From NCBI GenBank assembly GCA_964016885.1, contig OZ024743.1:79670001-79734000 (forward strand): a stretch of 64,000 bases of DNA, written 5' to 3'. The DNA comes from Eledone cirrhosa (taxonomy: Eukaryota). Numbering within the stretch: position 1 is the first letter of the stretch; every line of letters starts with the position of its first letter. Below are positions 13,846-29,382 of the stretch, piece by piece. Made by a program: the position numbers and the translations under genes. The notes beneath the pieces were generated by a model. It was not told the DNA's origin. It made no database searches and saw only the letters and a program-made list of their open reading frames with translations.

Positions 13846-14055
13846 ACTATCATCATCGTTCTCCTTTTCACTCTCGTCGTCTTCATTAGATTCATTATCA
13901 CCACCATCACCATCACCATCACCATCATTATCCTCACCATCATCATTATCCTCACCATCATCACCATCACCATCATCATCATCACCATCACCATCATCAT
14001 CATTATCATCATCATGATCATGATCATCATTATCATTGTCACCATCATCATCATT

Positions 14056-14091
<36 letters not shown>

Positions 14092-14170
14092 TTTTTCTTC
14101 ATCGTCACCGTCTTCGTCATTATTATCATCGTTACGATCATTCTGGCCATCGTTATCATCATCATCACCA
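13846..14170. repeat. (CAT/CAC)n trinucleotide tract
   Basis: Visible. Confidence 0.9.
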
Positions 14171-14361
14171 GCATCCCCTCCCCCACCATCCACCCACCAC
14201 CCCACCATACCCATCTCCCCACCACTGCCATCAGAGCCTCAGTTCTCTCACCTCACCCATAGTAGTGCTACATATCAATGGAGGCCGACATTTTAACAGA
14301 CAATAACCTTTGGATTACTTGGAACACTATCAGGATTAGCAGCACACTTCTCTCTTTCATG

Positions 14362-15115
14362 CTCACACACACACACAAACACACACACACATTCACATTC
14401 ACACATACACATACACATACACACACACGCATACAGACACACAGACACACACACACACTCACACACATACACACACTCTCACACACACACGCATACAGAT
14501 ACACACACTCACTCACACACACACACACCACACACACTCACACATACACACACAGACAGACACTGACACACACATACAGACACACACAGACACTCATACA
14601 CACACATACAGACACACACAGACGCACACACATTGACACATGCACATACTGACAAACACATACACACACAGACACACACATACACACACAGACACACACA
14701 CTCACACACATACACACACTCACACACACACGCATACAGACACACACACTCACCCATACACACACACACTCACACATACACATACAGACACATACTCACA
14801 CACACATACAGACACACATACACTCATACACACACACACTCACACACACATACAAACACATACACACACATACACATACATACACACACAAGCACACACA
14901 CACACATGCACACACACTCACACATACACATACAGACGCACACGCACTCACACACACTTACAGACACACACACACACACACACACCCATACGCACATTCA
15001 GACACACTCACACATACACATACAGTCACACACACATACATACACACATACATACACACATACACACACATACACACACATACATACACACACACCCACA
15101 TATATATATATATAC
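14362..15115. repeat. Degenerate (CA)n tract
   Basis: Visible. Confidence 0.9.
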
Positions 15116-15125
15116 GTGTGTATGT

Positions 15126-15290
15126 GAAGGTGCATGGCTTTGTGTTTAGAGCATTTGGCTTTCAGTCGTGAGGTTGTGAGTTCGATTCTCGAACTGGGTG
15201 AAGCATTATGTCCTTGAGCAAGACACTTTATTTCGTGTTGCTCCAGTCCACTCAGCTTTAGACATGAGATGCAACATCACTGGTGCCAAG
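15126..15290 (+). mobile_element. tRNA-derived SINE family B
   Basis: GAAGGTGCATGGCT head, B-box GAGTTCGATTC, core TGTCCTTGAGCAAGACACTTTATTTC...TTGCTCCAG. Confidence 0.8.
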
Positions 15291-15467
15291 TTCATTTTTT
15301 AGACCCCCTTCTGTTATGAATGACCACAGTTTTACACCTAGAAAGATCCCCTCGGAGACATAAGTCCAGGCAAGGTTGTTTGTGAAAGACCAGTAGTCAC
15401 CCATACATACCAGTCACCCCTCTCCACGCCACCAATGTTGTCAAAAGGAAAGGCAATGGCTGATACA

Positions 15468-15635
15468 GCTTGGCACCAGTGACGTCACAATTCATTTCTA
15501 CAGCTGAGTAAACTGGAGCAACGTGAAATAAAGAGTCTTGTTCAAGGATACAACACATCACCTGGTCTGAGAATCGAACTCACAACCTCCCGATTGCAAG
15601 GTCAAATCTCTAACCACTAAGCCATGCGCCTTCAC
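15468..15635 (-). mobile_element. SINE family B, inverted relative to 15126-15290
   Basis: CTGGAGCAACGTGAAATAAAG...GAATCGAACTC...CCACTAAGCCATGCGCCTTC. Confidence 0.85.
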
Positions 15636-15665
15636 TGTCTATTAATTTATAATTAATTTATCAGT

Positions 15666-15860
15666 GCGGTAAATTGGCAGTATCGGTAGAGGGTCGGACA
15701 TGCTTTCCAGCATAGTTACGTCACTTTACGTCACTTTACGATCTGAGTTCAAATCCCGTCGAGGTTAACTTTGCTTTTCATCCTTACGGGGTCGATAAAA
15801 TAAAGTACCAGTAATGCACTGGGATAATTGCTGGCCTTGTGCCAATAGTAGAAACAATTA
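15666..15860 (+). mobile_element. SINE family A
   Basis: Homologous to 4065-4250. Confidence 0.85.
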
Positions 15861-17288
15861 TATTAATACATGACAGAAAAAGTACATTACTAGAAATCCC
15901 ATATGTTATAAAATATATAGGAAGAGTTGGGGTCTCAATATGTAAACTAAACGACTAATTCTGGGGGCGCCCTGCTGGGATACCGCGTGTCTTGAGTATT
16001 TTAAACCTGGCAGAGACCATCTCCTCTCCAACTCTGAATAGACCAGCAGCAGCAGCAGCAGCATCACCACCACCACCAGCACCACCACCTCCACCAGCAC
16101 CAGCACCACCACCACCAGCACCACCAGATCCTTGGTACAGTTAGGTATATTGGAAATAAAGGAAAATAATGACTTCAATTGTAGTTGTAAATAATTTGAT
16201 TTAATTTTATAATATTATAATATTATGAGTTGGTAGATCCAGTAAGTTATTTGTTAACTTCGGTGGGAAGAATTTTAGAGATTCCTGGTTAACTTGGGTT
16301 GGAGAACTTTCTCACAGTCGTCTGTCTGTGGAGATTGTCAAACTGAGATCAGGTTGTGTTGAGATGTGTGACTATATATGAGAGATTTGGATGTGTCTGA
16401 GGTGTGTGGTGTGATGTTAATGAGTGTTGATGATGATGAATGTCCGGAGGTATTAAAGTATACATACACACATACACGTACACACACACATATACACACA
16501 CACCCATATATATACACTCAGAAAATGGTGAGGTTGTAAGATAAGGGTGTTTGAGAAGGTGGTCGTAAACCTACTCTCCTGCAGGTTTTGTTTCATTAGC
16601 TGTGTATATATATATGTAAGTATATCTCTCTCTCTCTATATATATATATAGTAATAATAATAAATTTGAAGATTAAAGTCCAAAGAGGGCTTGATAAGGA
16701 TAAATATATATCAGATATCGGTTTCCTAAATAGAATTTTCGCCTAAGACTTCAGTTATACCATTTACGTGGTTTTGTCTTTGCGCGTAATTGTTCTTACC
16801 GCTCCACATAATGACGTATTATCTTCGTTTTTTTTTCGTTCATTGCCAGAGAACGTCTCCATGATCCACCTAATAGAATATTAGTCTACGACTTCTTTTA
16901 TACCATAAACGTGGTTTTGTCTTTGTGTGTAATTGTTTTCACCGCTCCAAACATTATCTTCGTTTTTTTCCGTTTTTCGCCAAGGAACGTTTCCACGAAC
17001 CAATGTATCGTCTTCTTGTCTTCCTTCAGTTACAACGTTTTTTGAAATATTTACTTCTGCGTTCACAGATTGACTTTTTTAGTTTCAGAAGATCCCGTTA
17101 AGGGTGAAAGCAACTATTCTTTGCTTAAACATTAACCTGTTATTTTAATATTTATTATAATGTTGGAGACGCAGGACATGGCAGCGATAATGAGGGACAG
17201 AGACCGCTGGAGAGAACTCGTCCATGGATCTCGGGAATTTTACTCGCCCTAGAATAGAATATATATATATATAAAGGAAAAAGTATGA

Positions 17289-17382
17289 CCCCGACGGCAG
17301 AGCTCAAGCCGTTTCGACGGCTATTTCTGGACTAAATTAGAATTTTTAGCCTGGTGAATAAATAGCCGAACTTGTCAAGGGG
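17289..17382 (-). ncRNA. Decayed hammerhead with full stem III (core UUGACAA)
   Basis: CCCC-UUGACAA-G..CGGCUAUUU...AAAUAGCCG.C-GAAA-CGGC-loop-GCCG-UC-GGGG; two core substitutions. Confidence 0.6.
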
Positions 17383-17854
17383 GTACTTCTTTGTATAGGA
17401 AGATTGTAGTTGTCAAGAGGATTGGCTAAAATTTGTTGTAAACACAAATAAGTCTATCATGGCATTTGGTGGAAGGTAGGGGTGGCTGAACTTGCCTGTA
17501 GAACAATAGGGGAGTGAGGGGAGCGGTCAAGCGTTGAAAGTGATATGTATACAGCAGATTCTAAGGATAGTGTATGAAGTGGAGGAGGGAGGTTATAAAA
17601 TAGGTAAATCGAATGAGAGTAGGAGACAATAAAAGATAATAGAAACAAATATATATATATATAAAATTAGATAGTGAGAAATGAATAAAAAAAATCACAA
17701 TGCTATCTTACAATAAAAGGTTAATAAGTTGAGAATCGTCGGGTCATACTTTTTCCTATTACGCACTCTTCTACCCTAAGTATTGAGTACTCTGGTGCGT
17801 TATGGTCCATCTGGTTCCTTACCACAATTCCTTCGTTATATATATATATATATA

Positions 17855-18406
17855 ACAAACCGAACATTATAATAAATGTTCGGTAAACCCATACGTACAT
17901 ATATATATGTGTGCATGTATGTATATATATACATACTACTGTTCATCTGTAGACATATATGTATGTACGTATACATACTTATATTTAGATATCAGCCGTA
18001 CTAAGAGTGAGAAATGAAATATCGTTTCATTCTTTTCCATTTATCGTTTTCAGTGCGCCCGGCCGACTAACTCATTCGATATGCAAATTAGGCTGCTCAG
18101 CCGTTAATATGCATAAGGAAAGTATATACTTTCAAACGTTCAATCATCTGACAGGAAGGTATACGATGCTGACGATAGCTAATAAGCTTGAAACTAGTAC
18201 ATCGTTCCTGTGTCAGTGTTGAACAAAAGGGCGACGATGGTTGCCGAACACTGTACGGCGAAATTCGGGTTGTTTGTTTACAAACAAACCGAACATTATA
18301 ATAAATGTTCGGTAAACCCATACGTACATATATATATGTGTGCATGTATGTATATATACACATACTACTGTACATCTGTACACATATATGTATGTACGTA
18401 TACATA

Positions 18407-18410
<4 letters not shown>
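17855..18410 (+). mobile_element. 1.3-unit (429-bp period) copy of the 466-bp HHR family; HHR at 18164-18204
   Basis: 17855-17980 repeats at 18284-18410. CGAUG-CUGACGA-UAGCUaauaAGCUU-GAAA-CUAG-UA-CAUCG, with stem I extension ACAGGAA/UUCCUGU. (TA)n on both sides. Confidence 0.88.
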
Positions 18411-18478
<68 letters not shown>

Positions 18479-18844
18479 CTGACACACACACATATATATA
18501 TATATATATGTGTGTATATGTATATGTATATATATATGTATATATATATATATATATATTACATACACAAATCCGTACATAAATACCCACATTTACACAG
18601 TAACTGTGAGTGTGTGGTTGTCTAGGGAATACAGTAATTACCAGAGTCAATAAACAGTACAATCAAACAATCGACAAGTACAAATATAACGAACAGCAAT
18701 CATTATCTTCAGATTGAGAGTAGCCAGGCGTTAATAAACCCGACAATCGAAGATATTAACGATCACCAATACTACCATAAAAGGGATCAGTTCTGGTCAA
18801 CTCACCGACTTTAAACTATGTCATTTTTTATTCTTTTAATTTTG

Positions 18845-18921
<77 letters not shown>

Positions 18922-19024
18922 GCAGAAAGAAAACAATAATAATAAATCAAGCGACACGGTGCAATGAAGGAATATATATATATTTATTCCTTAACACACT
19001 TCCTTCGTTATATATATATATATA

Positions 19025-19860
19025 TTGTTATGCTTTGGGAGGGTCATGTTGCCAATAAGAAACACACGCACCAGTTGTTTTCACTCCAATTTATTATAAA
19101 TTAAATTTATAAATTTCCGGTTGGTTGGTTGGTTCCATACCGGACGGTTGTTCATATGTTGTCAAAATTCTTTCGTCACACATTCTGTGACCTCTTCAGT
19201 GACTGGGGATTCTTTTCTTTGTGTTGTGCCTCTCCTTTGTCCTGTCCTACGCCATCTTGTTTTTGTGTGTGTTGTGTGCTTAGTTTGTGCATGTGTTACA
19301 TCCGGGTGTCTGTGTGCGTTTTTATTTGTTTATTTATTTGTTTATTTACATGTTACTAGTTAGTTGTTTGTTCTATGTGTTTGTTTTCATTTTGTCCTTA
19401 ATTGTAAGTTGTGGATGTTGCTATTCCATTCATGTTTTCTATTTCATTTTGGTTGGAGTTCATTTATGTTTATTGCCTCTGTGATTTGTTTAAACATTGC
19501 GTCTTTTCTGTGTGTAAATTCTATTTTTATTTCTATGTTCTCTAATTTTCCCTTATGTTCTATTTTAGCATGTTGGTGGAGTATTGATGATTCTTTTTTA
19601 TCTTGAAATTCTTGCCAGTGTTCATTTAACCGGTCTCCTATGCTACGAGCTGCCTCACTTATGTACACTATATTCTTATCTTTACATTGTCCTTCAGTAC
19701 CTCTTATGCTATATACTACATTTCTAGTTTTACAGTTAATATGGGGGCTTAGTTTACAGATTATGCATTTCTTATCTATAGAGGGAGCTCTTTGAAAAGG
19801 GTATGTATTGCTAATAAGTGTTTTTATGGAGGTACCTGGTCTTTCTACTATCTAAAGAAT
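19025..19860 (-). mobile_element. Penelope-like element 3' fragment (GIY-YIG plus pLTR with HHR at 19161-19203)
   Basis: CKTRNVVY...VYISEAARSIGDRLNEH...QITEAININELQPK; HHR GUCA-CUGAAGA-G-GUCAC-loop-GUGAC-GAAA-GAAUUU-UGAC. Confidence 0.82.
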
Positions 19861-19906
19861 CTTGCTAAACAAATTCAGAAGCGAAATATACATATATATA
19901 AAACAA

Positions 19907-20780
<874 letters not shown>

Positions 20781-20783
20781 ATT

Positions 20784-20820
<37 letters not shown>

Positions 20821-20867
20821 AAGGAAAAGCGAAGTAGTTTCAGATGTTCAAGTCCTTTAATAATAAT

Positions 20868-20941
20868 GCTGTGATATATATTTCAATGACGACACTGGCC
20901 ACACTGTTCTGTGTGCGAGTGTCGTGTCATCATCAGGCAAC
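20868..20941 (-). ncRNA. Hammerhead-like motif with extended stem II
   Basis: GUUGC-CUGAUGA-UGAC..GACACU...AGUGUC-GUCA-UU-GAAA-UAUAUA-UC-ACAGC; one stem I mismatch. Confidence 0.6.
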
Positions 20942-22073
20942 TTGTTACATAATAAGGTTATGTTTCCGAGGCAATCCAAATTGAATCGACATGGGAACGG
21001 ATGAAGTTCGTGCTTTTGGGTTTTTCATCCGTTCCCTTGTGAGTACCAATTCACCCCCACTGGTCTGCGCAAGCGCATGTCCGAAGGAAGTTGACCATTA
21101 GTCATCGCAGATTTCAGCGAAATTCGCTGTCAGTTCACCCTCTCAGCCAAAACAATGGCCCACCTATGCCCTACCGAAGTTTACTGCTACCCATCACGAC
21201 TGTGGCAGTCAGCCGAAAGCCAGAGGGGATGGGAGGGTGTTAGTTTTTATAGGTCATAATACTACCTTTCACTAAGCGTTGACAGTAAGACTGACCATCA
21301 ACTCATAAATAGACTTAATTCTAGGTACCATGGTTTTACATTGGAAGTTAAGAGTGAGAGTTGGAAATAAAAATAAAAAATTAAAATCCTAAATCAAGTA
21401 TCAGAGATTATAAATTAAACAATTAAAAAATTAACTAATTCGAAATTCAAAAATTTTTCAAGTGATAATTCGGATTGAGTAAAAATATAGATTGAAGTGA
21501 GTAAATAATATGGAGAGAGATGTTTAAGTAATAAGTTCTGAGAGGGATTCTAGTGTCACAGTTACTCTATCCACATATTGAACGACAGTGCGGTACATTA
21601 TAACGGAGGGCAAACTACAGGGTTCAAGGCATTAGTCAATCTGGTACACAGTCATAATTTTCATCACATGGAACAAAATCGAAGAAAAACAGACATAAAG
21701 TACACAAAAGAAAAGAATAGAACAGAACCAATAGTGAATAAATGCAAAAACACAGAGTACATATATGCAAAATGATCCATATGATTGTCCATCTGTCCAT
21801 GTATAGATTGAATTGAGGGGGCTTCTGTTCAAATGCGATTTGGTGCAGGAAAATAGGGATTTATCTTATTTTTTGTTCCCGCATATTTATGCTGCCGAAA
21901 GTTACTATTATGCCCGTCCAGTGTCAGGGGTTTTCATCCCCATGGTAGAGGGAATTTCCGGGGTAGCTCTTGGTTGGTTCCTCTCTTCTCCACCATATCG
22001 GTTACATCATAGAGCGCTCAACTAATTGGAGCTAAATTATTAGGGTAAACATTGATGCAATTCAATTCAAGCA

Positions 22074-22510
22074 CTAACTACTCCCTCCTGTCTACTGAGA
22101 TCACTGATGTTATATTCTTATAGAATTCTAGTAAATAATCAGGAACTGATTATACAGAGCGGTTGCCGGTCAGGCAGAAATTAAAAATTAGAATTGGAGC
22201 TCTGAAATATCTGAAATAGCAATATATATATGAATGTATATATAATGTATTTTGCAATACACTTTATGCTTAATTAAAAGCATTTTGAAGACCGTATGCT
22301 ATTGTTTTAGAGTAGTGACAAACTCACTTACTTTAATCTCAGCAAACAAGGGGAGATAAGCCGACAGGGCCTTGTTTCGCATTTATTGATGCTTATCAAG
22401 GCTAACTACTCCCTCCTGTCTACTGAGATCACTGATGTTATATTCTTATAGAATTCTAGTAAATAATCAGGAACTGATTATACAGAGCGGTTGCCGGTCA
22501 GGCAGAAATT
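22074..22510 (-). mobile_element. 1.3-unit (328-bp period) element with decayed HHR at about 22359-22402
   Basis: 22074-22182 repeats at 22402-22510. Minus strand reads GCC-UUGAUAA-GCAU-loop-AUGC-GAAAC...GUC-GGC. Homologous to 41395-41933. Confidence 0.65.
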
Positions 22511-22714
22511 TTCTGGTCCGGAGATTGCCAAGTAGCCTTATGAATCGCCTTGTGTTTGAAATAGGTGTTGCTAATGCACAAGCTGTTGATGGCACAAAAC
22601 AGCTGCAGTCTCTCGCCGTTGTCCGTGGTGACCGCAGCAGAACCGAATGGCCCAGTGACCTGTTCCAGTCCCTGTCTGTTGCAGCCAATCTGAGCGTTGA
22701 AATCACCGATCAGT

Positions 22715-22950
22715 ACACCATCACTATACCACCACCATCACCACAACCACCACCATCGCCACAACCACTACCACCATCACTACCACACCGCCACCACTAT
22801 CACCACAACCACCACCATCACCGCAACCACCACCACCATCACTACCACACCACCCCACCCCACCACTATCACCACAACTACAACACCACCGCCACGACCC
22901 CCACCCACTACCCCCACCCCACCCCCACTACCCCACTACACCCCACCACT
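22715..22950. repeat. (CAC/CCA)n low-complexity tract
   Basis: Visible. Confidence 0.9.
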
Positions 22951-23159
22951 TAAAGCAATACAGTCCGCATGACTGATCAGCCATTGACAGTAATAACTCT
23001 TTCCAAATGTCAACCATATGACTCCTTATATGGCAATAGTCTGTTAGATAAACAAATATTTGTCATTATATTGGTACAGTGGATTGGCAGCAATCGGTAG
23101 AGCATCGAGAAAGATGCTGTGTGGCATAGAGCTACGGCCCTATACGTTCTCAGGTGTAT

Positions 23160-24985
23160 TATTACTCTTCAGAAATGATATAAAACTAGATAAAGAAGTT
23201 GCATGCTTAAGCTTATAGTTCTTAAATATATGAAGATGGGAATTATACCTCATCTTGAAACTACTCGATGTTGAACCGATATAGGTTTTGGAGTTGGTAG
23301 AAGTGATGACAATGTAGGAATAAATGATATTCTCAAGACAGTTTCCTTAAGAGGGCATACAGTTATAGCTATTGATTAAGCGGTTTTGAAGATAAAGGTG
23401 TGAAGAGTCATTAGAGTTAGATATATGAGTGCTACAATTGCTATTAATACTCCTATAAGTCCTAGATATTATATGAGAGTGGTTACTAGTATTATTAGGT
23501 ACAATATTGTTAATCATATCAACTGGTTGTGAATTATTATTTAAGTTGTAAGAAATAAAATATTTACTAATTTTCTTATTATTCCTACTCCTTATGTCAT
23601 TAACAATGTTAGGTGTGGTAGAATAAGGCATTTTAATGGTATTTTTATTAATTAAATTATGGTATTTATTATTAAGTGGGAATTTTTTCAATAATAGAGA
23701 AGAATACTCTAGGTATATTAGTAGAAACATTTAATTTGAAAGGTTGATTAACATATGGATTTAGCCTTCGTCTATTCTTTTTATTTTTGTTACTAATAAG
23801 TGTATCCTTAAAGTGATTAGGATTAAAATCAATATGATTATTACCTTCAGTATGATGTTTAATATTACAGATGTTAGGTTTAGGGTTATTACTATGCTTT
23901 TTATTCACAATATTTTAAGATGTGTTTTATTATAGAGAAAATGGTCATTATTGCAGGGAATAACTGTTGAAGGATGCGTGTTGTTATTTAATCCACTGTT
24001 TCCATTAATAATATTATCATCTTTATTAGTTTGAATATTTCTAAATTTTTTTTCATAGCCATATTATGTTGTTTATTATAGTAAGCAAAAGAGTTTTTAG
24101 GTATAAACTTAATTTTATTTTTATAGCCAGAACGTTATAAAGCTTCATTATAATAATGAGCATTTTGGTTAAAGATAGCTTCATTATAAGATAAATTACT
24201 AATCCTATTAGATACACCTTTAATAATTGAATTTAAGACATATCTAGGGTGGTTAGAATTGGTATCAACGTAAACAAGTTTTTCATCGGGTTTATAGTAA
24301 AGTGTGAAGGTTTTAGAATCCAAGCATATGGTAACACCAAGGAAACGAACAGTTTTGGTGGTCTAATCCAAAGTAATACTTAGGTTAAAACTTTTGAAGA
24401 ATTTATGTTGTTCTTTCGTAGTTCTTTCAATTTTATATTTTTTATAATCTAAAATAAATAAGGCATCATCGCGATATAATCCAGTCTTCAGGTAAGGTAA
24501 AGTTTTATGAAATTCATTTAAAAGATATAACCCAACTAAACCAGTGACCTGTGCAGAATCACTAGATCCCATAGTGACATCAACATTATTAGGAGTATTA
24601 TTACGAGTCTATAATTGGTCTTCAAATTTGGTGATAGTTTTGCGGGCCGCAAGAATTACATCTACTTGGGATCTAGTTATGTTTATATTATCCATGGCCA
24701 TAATTAAAGCTTTGTTTAATAAGATAGGAGAGATAGATGTGTAATAAGAGTTAATGTCAACTTGTATAAACTTCTGAGACTGATTATTACCAATATTTGT
24801 GAACCAATCAATCACGTCTCTAGTATTTTCCCAAAGGTTGAAATGGATCTTCTGTTTGATTTTAGGGATAATATTGGCAGGAATTCTTTTACCAATTTTA
24901 CCAATGTCAGACTTAGATTGGCATATTAATCTAATTGTAGGATTAATATTAAAATCCTCCTTATGATCCTTCAAAGTAAATCTAG
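23160..24985 (-). pseudogene. Degenerate Penelope-like element ORF (RT plus GIY-YIG), Neptune-like
   Basis: KDHKEDF..PTIRLI..SKSDIGKI; FIQVDINSYYTSI; MGSSDSAQV; GLYRDDAL; YVDTNSNHP; downstream IIY...TYIGSTSSSFKMRYNSH. Several stops and frameshifts. Confidence 0.88.
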
Positions 24986-25131
24986 ATGTGCAGAGGTATA
25001 GGGTTAAGTATACCTTTAAAGTTTAAATTTCTTATCAATAGTATCGCTCTCAATGTTTGTCATCCAAGTTGTTCGGCTTATTACTATAATTGGTATTTTA
25101 CATTGAGCTATATATATTTATATATAGCAAC

Positions 25132-26115
<984 letters not shown>

Positions 26116-26120
26116 TATAC

Positions 26121-26192
<72 letters not shown>

Positions 26193-26245
26193 TCATCATC
26201 ATCATCATTTTTACGTCCGCTTTTCCCTGCTTGCAAGGGTGGGAC

Positions 26246-26361
<116 letters not shown>

Positions 26362-26374
26362 CATATATACGTAT

Positions 26375-26422
<48 letters not shown>

Positions 26423-26925
26423 GTTTCTTTTATTTGCCACTAGGGCATCAAAAGTGGGACAAGTACAAAGGGGGGAGTTTACACAAAAAGGCGTCCTCAA
26501 TAAGGAGGAGGCAATAACAAAATATAAAAATAAAATAAGATATAACAAAAAATAAAATTTTTAACAAAATCCTCAATAGAGAGGAGGCGCCTTGGGGGGT
26601 CGCACACACCCCCGAAAAAAGTGTGCAACCCTTTTCCTCAGGAGCACAGAGAGGGGGTGCTCCCTCGTTCCTTCCTCTTTTCCACCTACAGGCTTATGTA
26701 AAGAGAAGGCCCATTCACACGGGCCATTCTCGCCACTTTCACCCACCTTTCATAAAAACGACTGGGGTGCAGCACCTCTCTCTCCATCCTGATCCTTCTT
26801 CCGAAATGATATCGGAATATATATATATGTATGTATGTATGTAAAAGTTAACCAGAAATAACAACACAATCGGTACAGTATATGGAAGGCATATATTAGG
26901 TTAAGGCTTGATATAGCAGGAAGAG

Positions 26926-26963
26926 GGTCTTAACGTTTCGAACGCTGGTCCTTCATCAGAGGA
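26926..26963 (-). ncRNA. Minimal hammerhead-like motif
   Basis: CUGAUGA-A-GGAC-cagc-GUUC-GAAA-CGU-UA; palindrome AACGUU; stem I weak. Confidence 0.5.
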
Positions 26964-27084
26964 AACAAAGAGAAATAAGATAGATTGAGGGGACGGGCTG
27001 GTTGGAATCGGAAAAAATGTCTTTAGATAAAAATAACAAGTCCTTTCATGGGCAAAACTGTTGGTGCTGATATATATATATATA

Positions 27085-27318
27085 TATTCCTAACGATTCC
27101 TAACGATCGACTTTCGTCAAATCCGACCGAGGAAACAGTGTTTCCATTGGTCTTTCCATTTTCTAATACTATCTATCGGTCGCAACTCCAGGTAGAAGGA
27201 GCAACGTGAAATAAAGTGTCTTGCTCAAGGACATACCGCATCGCCCGGTCCAGGAATCGAACTCACAACCTCACGATTGCGAATCCAGTTCTCTAACCAC
27301 TCAGCCATACGCCTTCAC
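27085..27318 (-). mobile_element. SINE family B (alternative 3' tail subfamily)
   Basis: Homologous to 37728-37942 including the tail. Confidence 0.82.
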
Positions 27319-27412
27319 TATATATATATATATATACACACATATATTCATATATACATATATATGTATACACAGACTCACATACACGCACACACACATA
27401 CACACACACATG

Positions 27413-27464
<52 letters not shown>

Positions 27465-27563
27465 TCCCAGGTTCAATCGGAGGCTAACCACAGTTAGTAA
27501 GGAACTCAATATATTAGTAGAATATAAACCTCAAGTTTAATATAGAAATGGCGTCTTCATATA

Positions 27564-27610
<47 letters not shown>

Positions 27611-27669
27611 AGATTTGAATGGATACAGTTTAGTTGAAAGGAATTTATATTACAACACAACGGAAAATA

Positions 27670-27710
<41 letters not shown>

Positions 27711-28141
27711 TATATATTATATATATATATATATACAAATTGAAGTTTAGTAAAATCGAAGTTTTGGCCGTGGCCAAGCTAACGATATACAAGTAGGAAT
27801 GTGCAGCAAAGCACTCGATAAGGTTGTGTCACCTGAGAGTAATAACATACGTTAGATAGCTTGACAAATTGAGGACTGCGACAGGTAAGCCTAGCCACAT
27901 GTTACCAAAGCAATGAAAAAACCAATCAGGTATATATACATATACACAATTGTTGGTACAAACTAAACAGCACTCAATACATAATGTGAAAGTTAAGTGT
28001 ATATATATATTAACAGGTTGACTTAACTCAGCATTATCAGAGGTTTGAAAACGAAATCACGTCGAAATCTTCGGTTGGGCCTCAAGATTTAGATGTGATT
28101 TCGTCTTGAAACCGGTGGTAGTGCTGAGATAAATCAAACTG

Positions 28142-28213
<72 letters not shown>

Positions 28214-28599
28214 CGTATATATATGTATATATATATACACACATATATATATAAATTATAAATATGTGTGTATTTATATATATGTACGTATATGTGTATA
28301 TATGTATATATATAAGTGTGTGTATGTGTGTGTGTGCCGATTGTTTGCAGTGACTACAATAGAAATGTTGAAACGTTACAAGAAAGAAGCAGCTTTATGT
28401 GATGGTGGGAATGTTTGACGAGGAGAGGTAAGAGTCAAGTTAGATAACTGATGCCTGATACTGATAAACGATCTGATGTAAGCTAAACTAAGATTCGTTT
28501 GAATCCAAGTGAGATGGAACGTCAGTGTTCTGATGGTAAGTCAGATAAAACTAGCGAGATGTCACGTAAGGAATGGGACGGATTTAATATTGGAGATTA

Positions 28600-29360
28600 A
28601 GGCGAGAGAGAGAGGGAGAGATAGTGTGCGTGTGTGATAGACAGAAAGAGGGTGTGTGAGAGGGAGGGAGAGAGAGCGGGAGAGATAGTGTGAGTGTGTG
28701 AGAGACAGAGAGAGGGTGTGTGAGAGAGAGGGAGAGAGAGAGAGAGAGAGAGAGGGAGAGACAGTGTGCGTGTAAGAGAGAGAGAGAGAGAGGGTGTAGG
28801 AGAGGGAGGGAGAGAGAGAGAGAGAGGGAATGAGAAAGAGGGATAGTTTGAGAGAGAGAGAGGGGGAGATATAGTGTACGTGTGTGAGAGAGAGAGATGG
28901 TGTGAGAGGGAGGCAGAGGGAGGGAGAGAGAGAGAGTGAGAGAGGGAGTGAGAAGAGGGATAGTGGGAGAGAAAGAGAGAGGGAGAGATAGTGTGTGTGT
29001 GAGAGAGAGAGAGGGTTGTGAGAGGAAGGGAGAGAGAGAGTGACAGAGGGAGTGAGAAAGAGGGATAGTGTGAGAGAGAGAGAGGGAGAGAGAGTGTGCG
29101 TGTGTGAGAGAGAGAGGGTGTGTGAGAGAGATAGAGTGAGAGAGGGAGTGAGAAAGAGGGATAGTGTGTGAGAGAGAGAGGGAGAGATAGTGTGTGTGTG
29201 GGAGAAATAGAGAGAGTGTGAGAGAAGGAGGGAGAGAGAGATAGATAGTGTGTGATGTGTGTGAGAGAGTGAGAGGAGGAGGAGAGAGAGATAGTGTGTG
29301 TGTGTCAGAGAGAGAGAGGGGAGAGAGAGAGGAAGAGAGAGATAGTAAGAGAGAGAGAGG
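28600..29360. repeat. GA/GT-rich degenerate repeat
   Basis: Visible. Confidence 0.9.
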
Positions 29361-29382
29361 CGCTTGACAAGGGTGTAGAGAC

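Noticed and set aside
13807-14214. Acidic D/E-rich ORF as a host exon
   Set aside because: Mostly (GAT/GGT)n repeat, with upstream in-frame stops and no clear splice context.
28344-28435. Apparent AG...GT bounded exon
   Set aside because: Stops in all three frames and no homology recognised.
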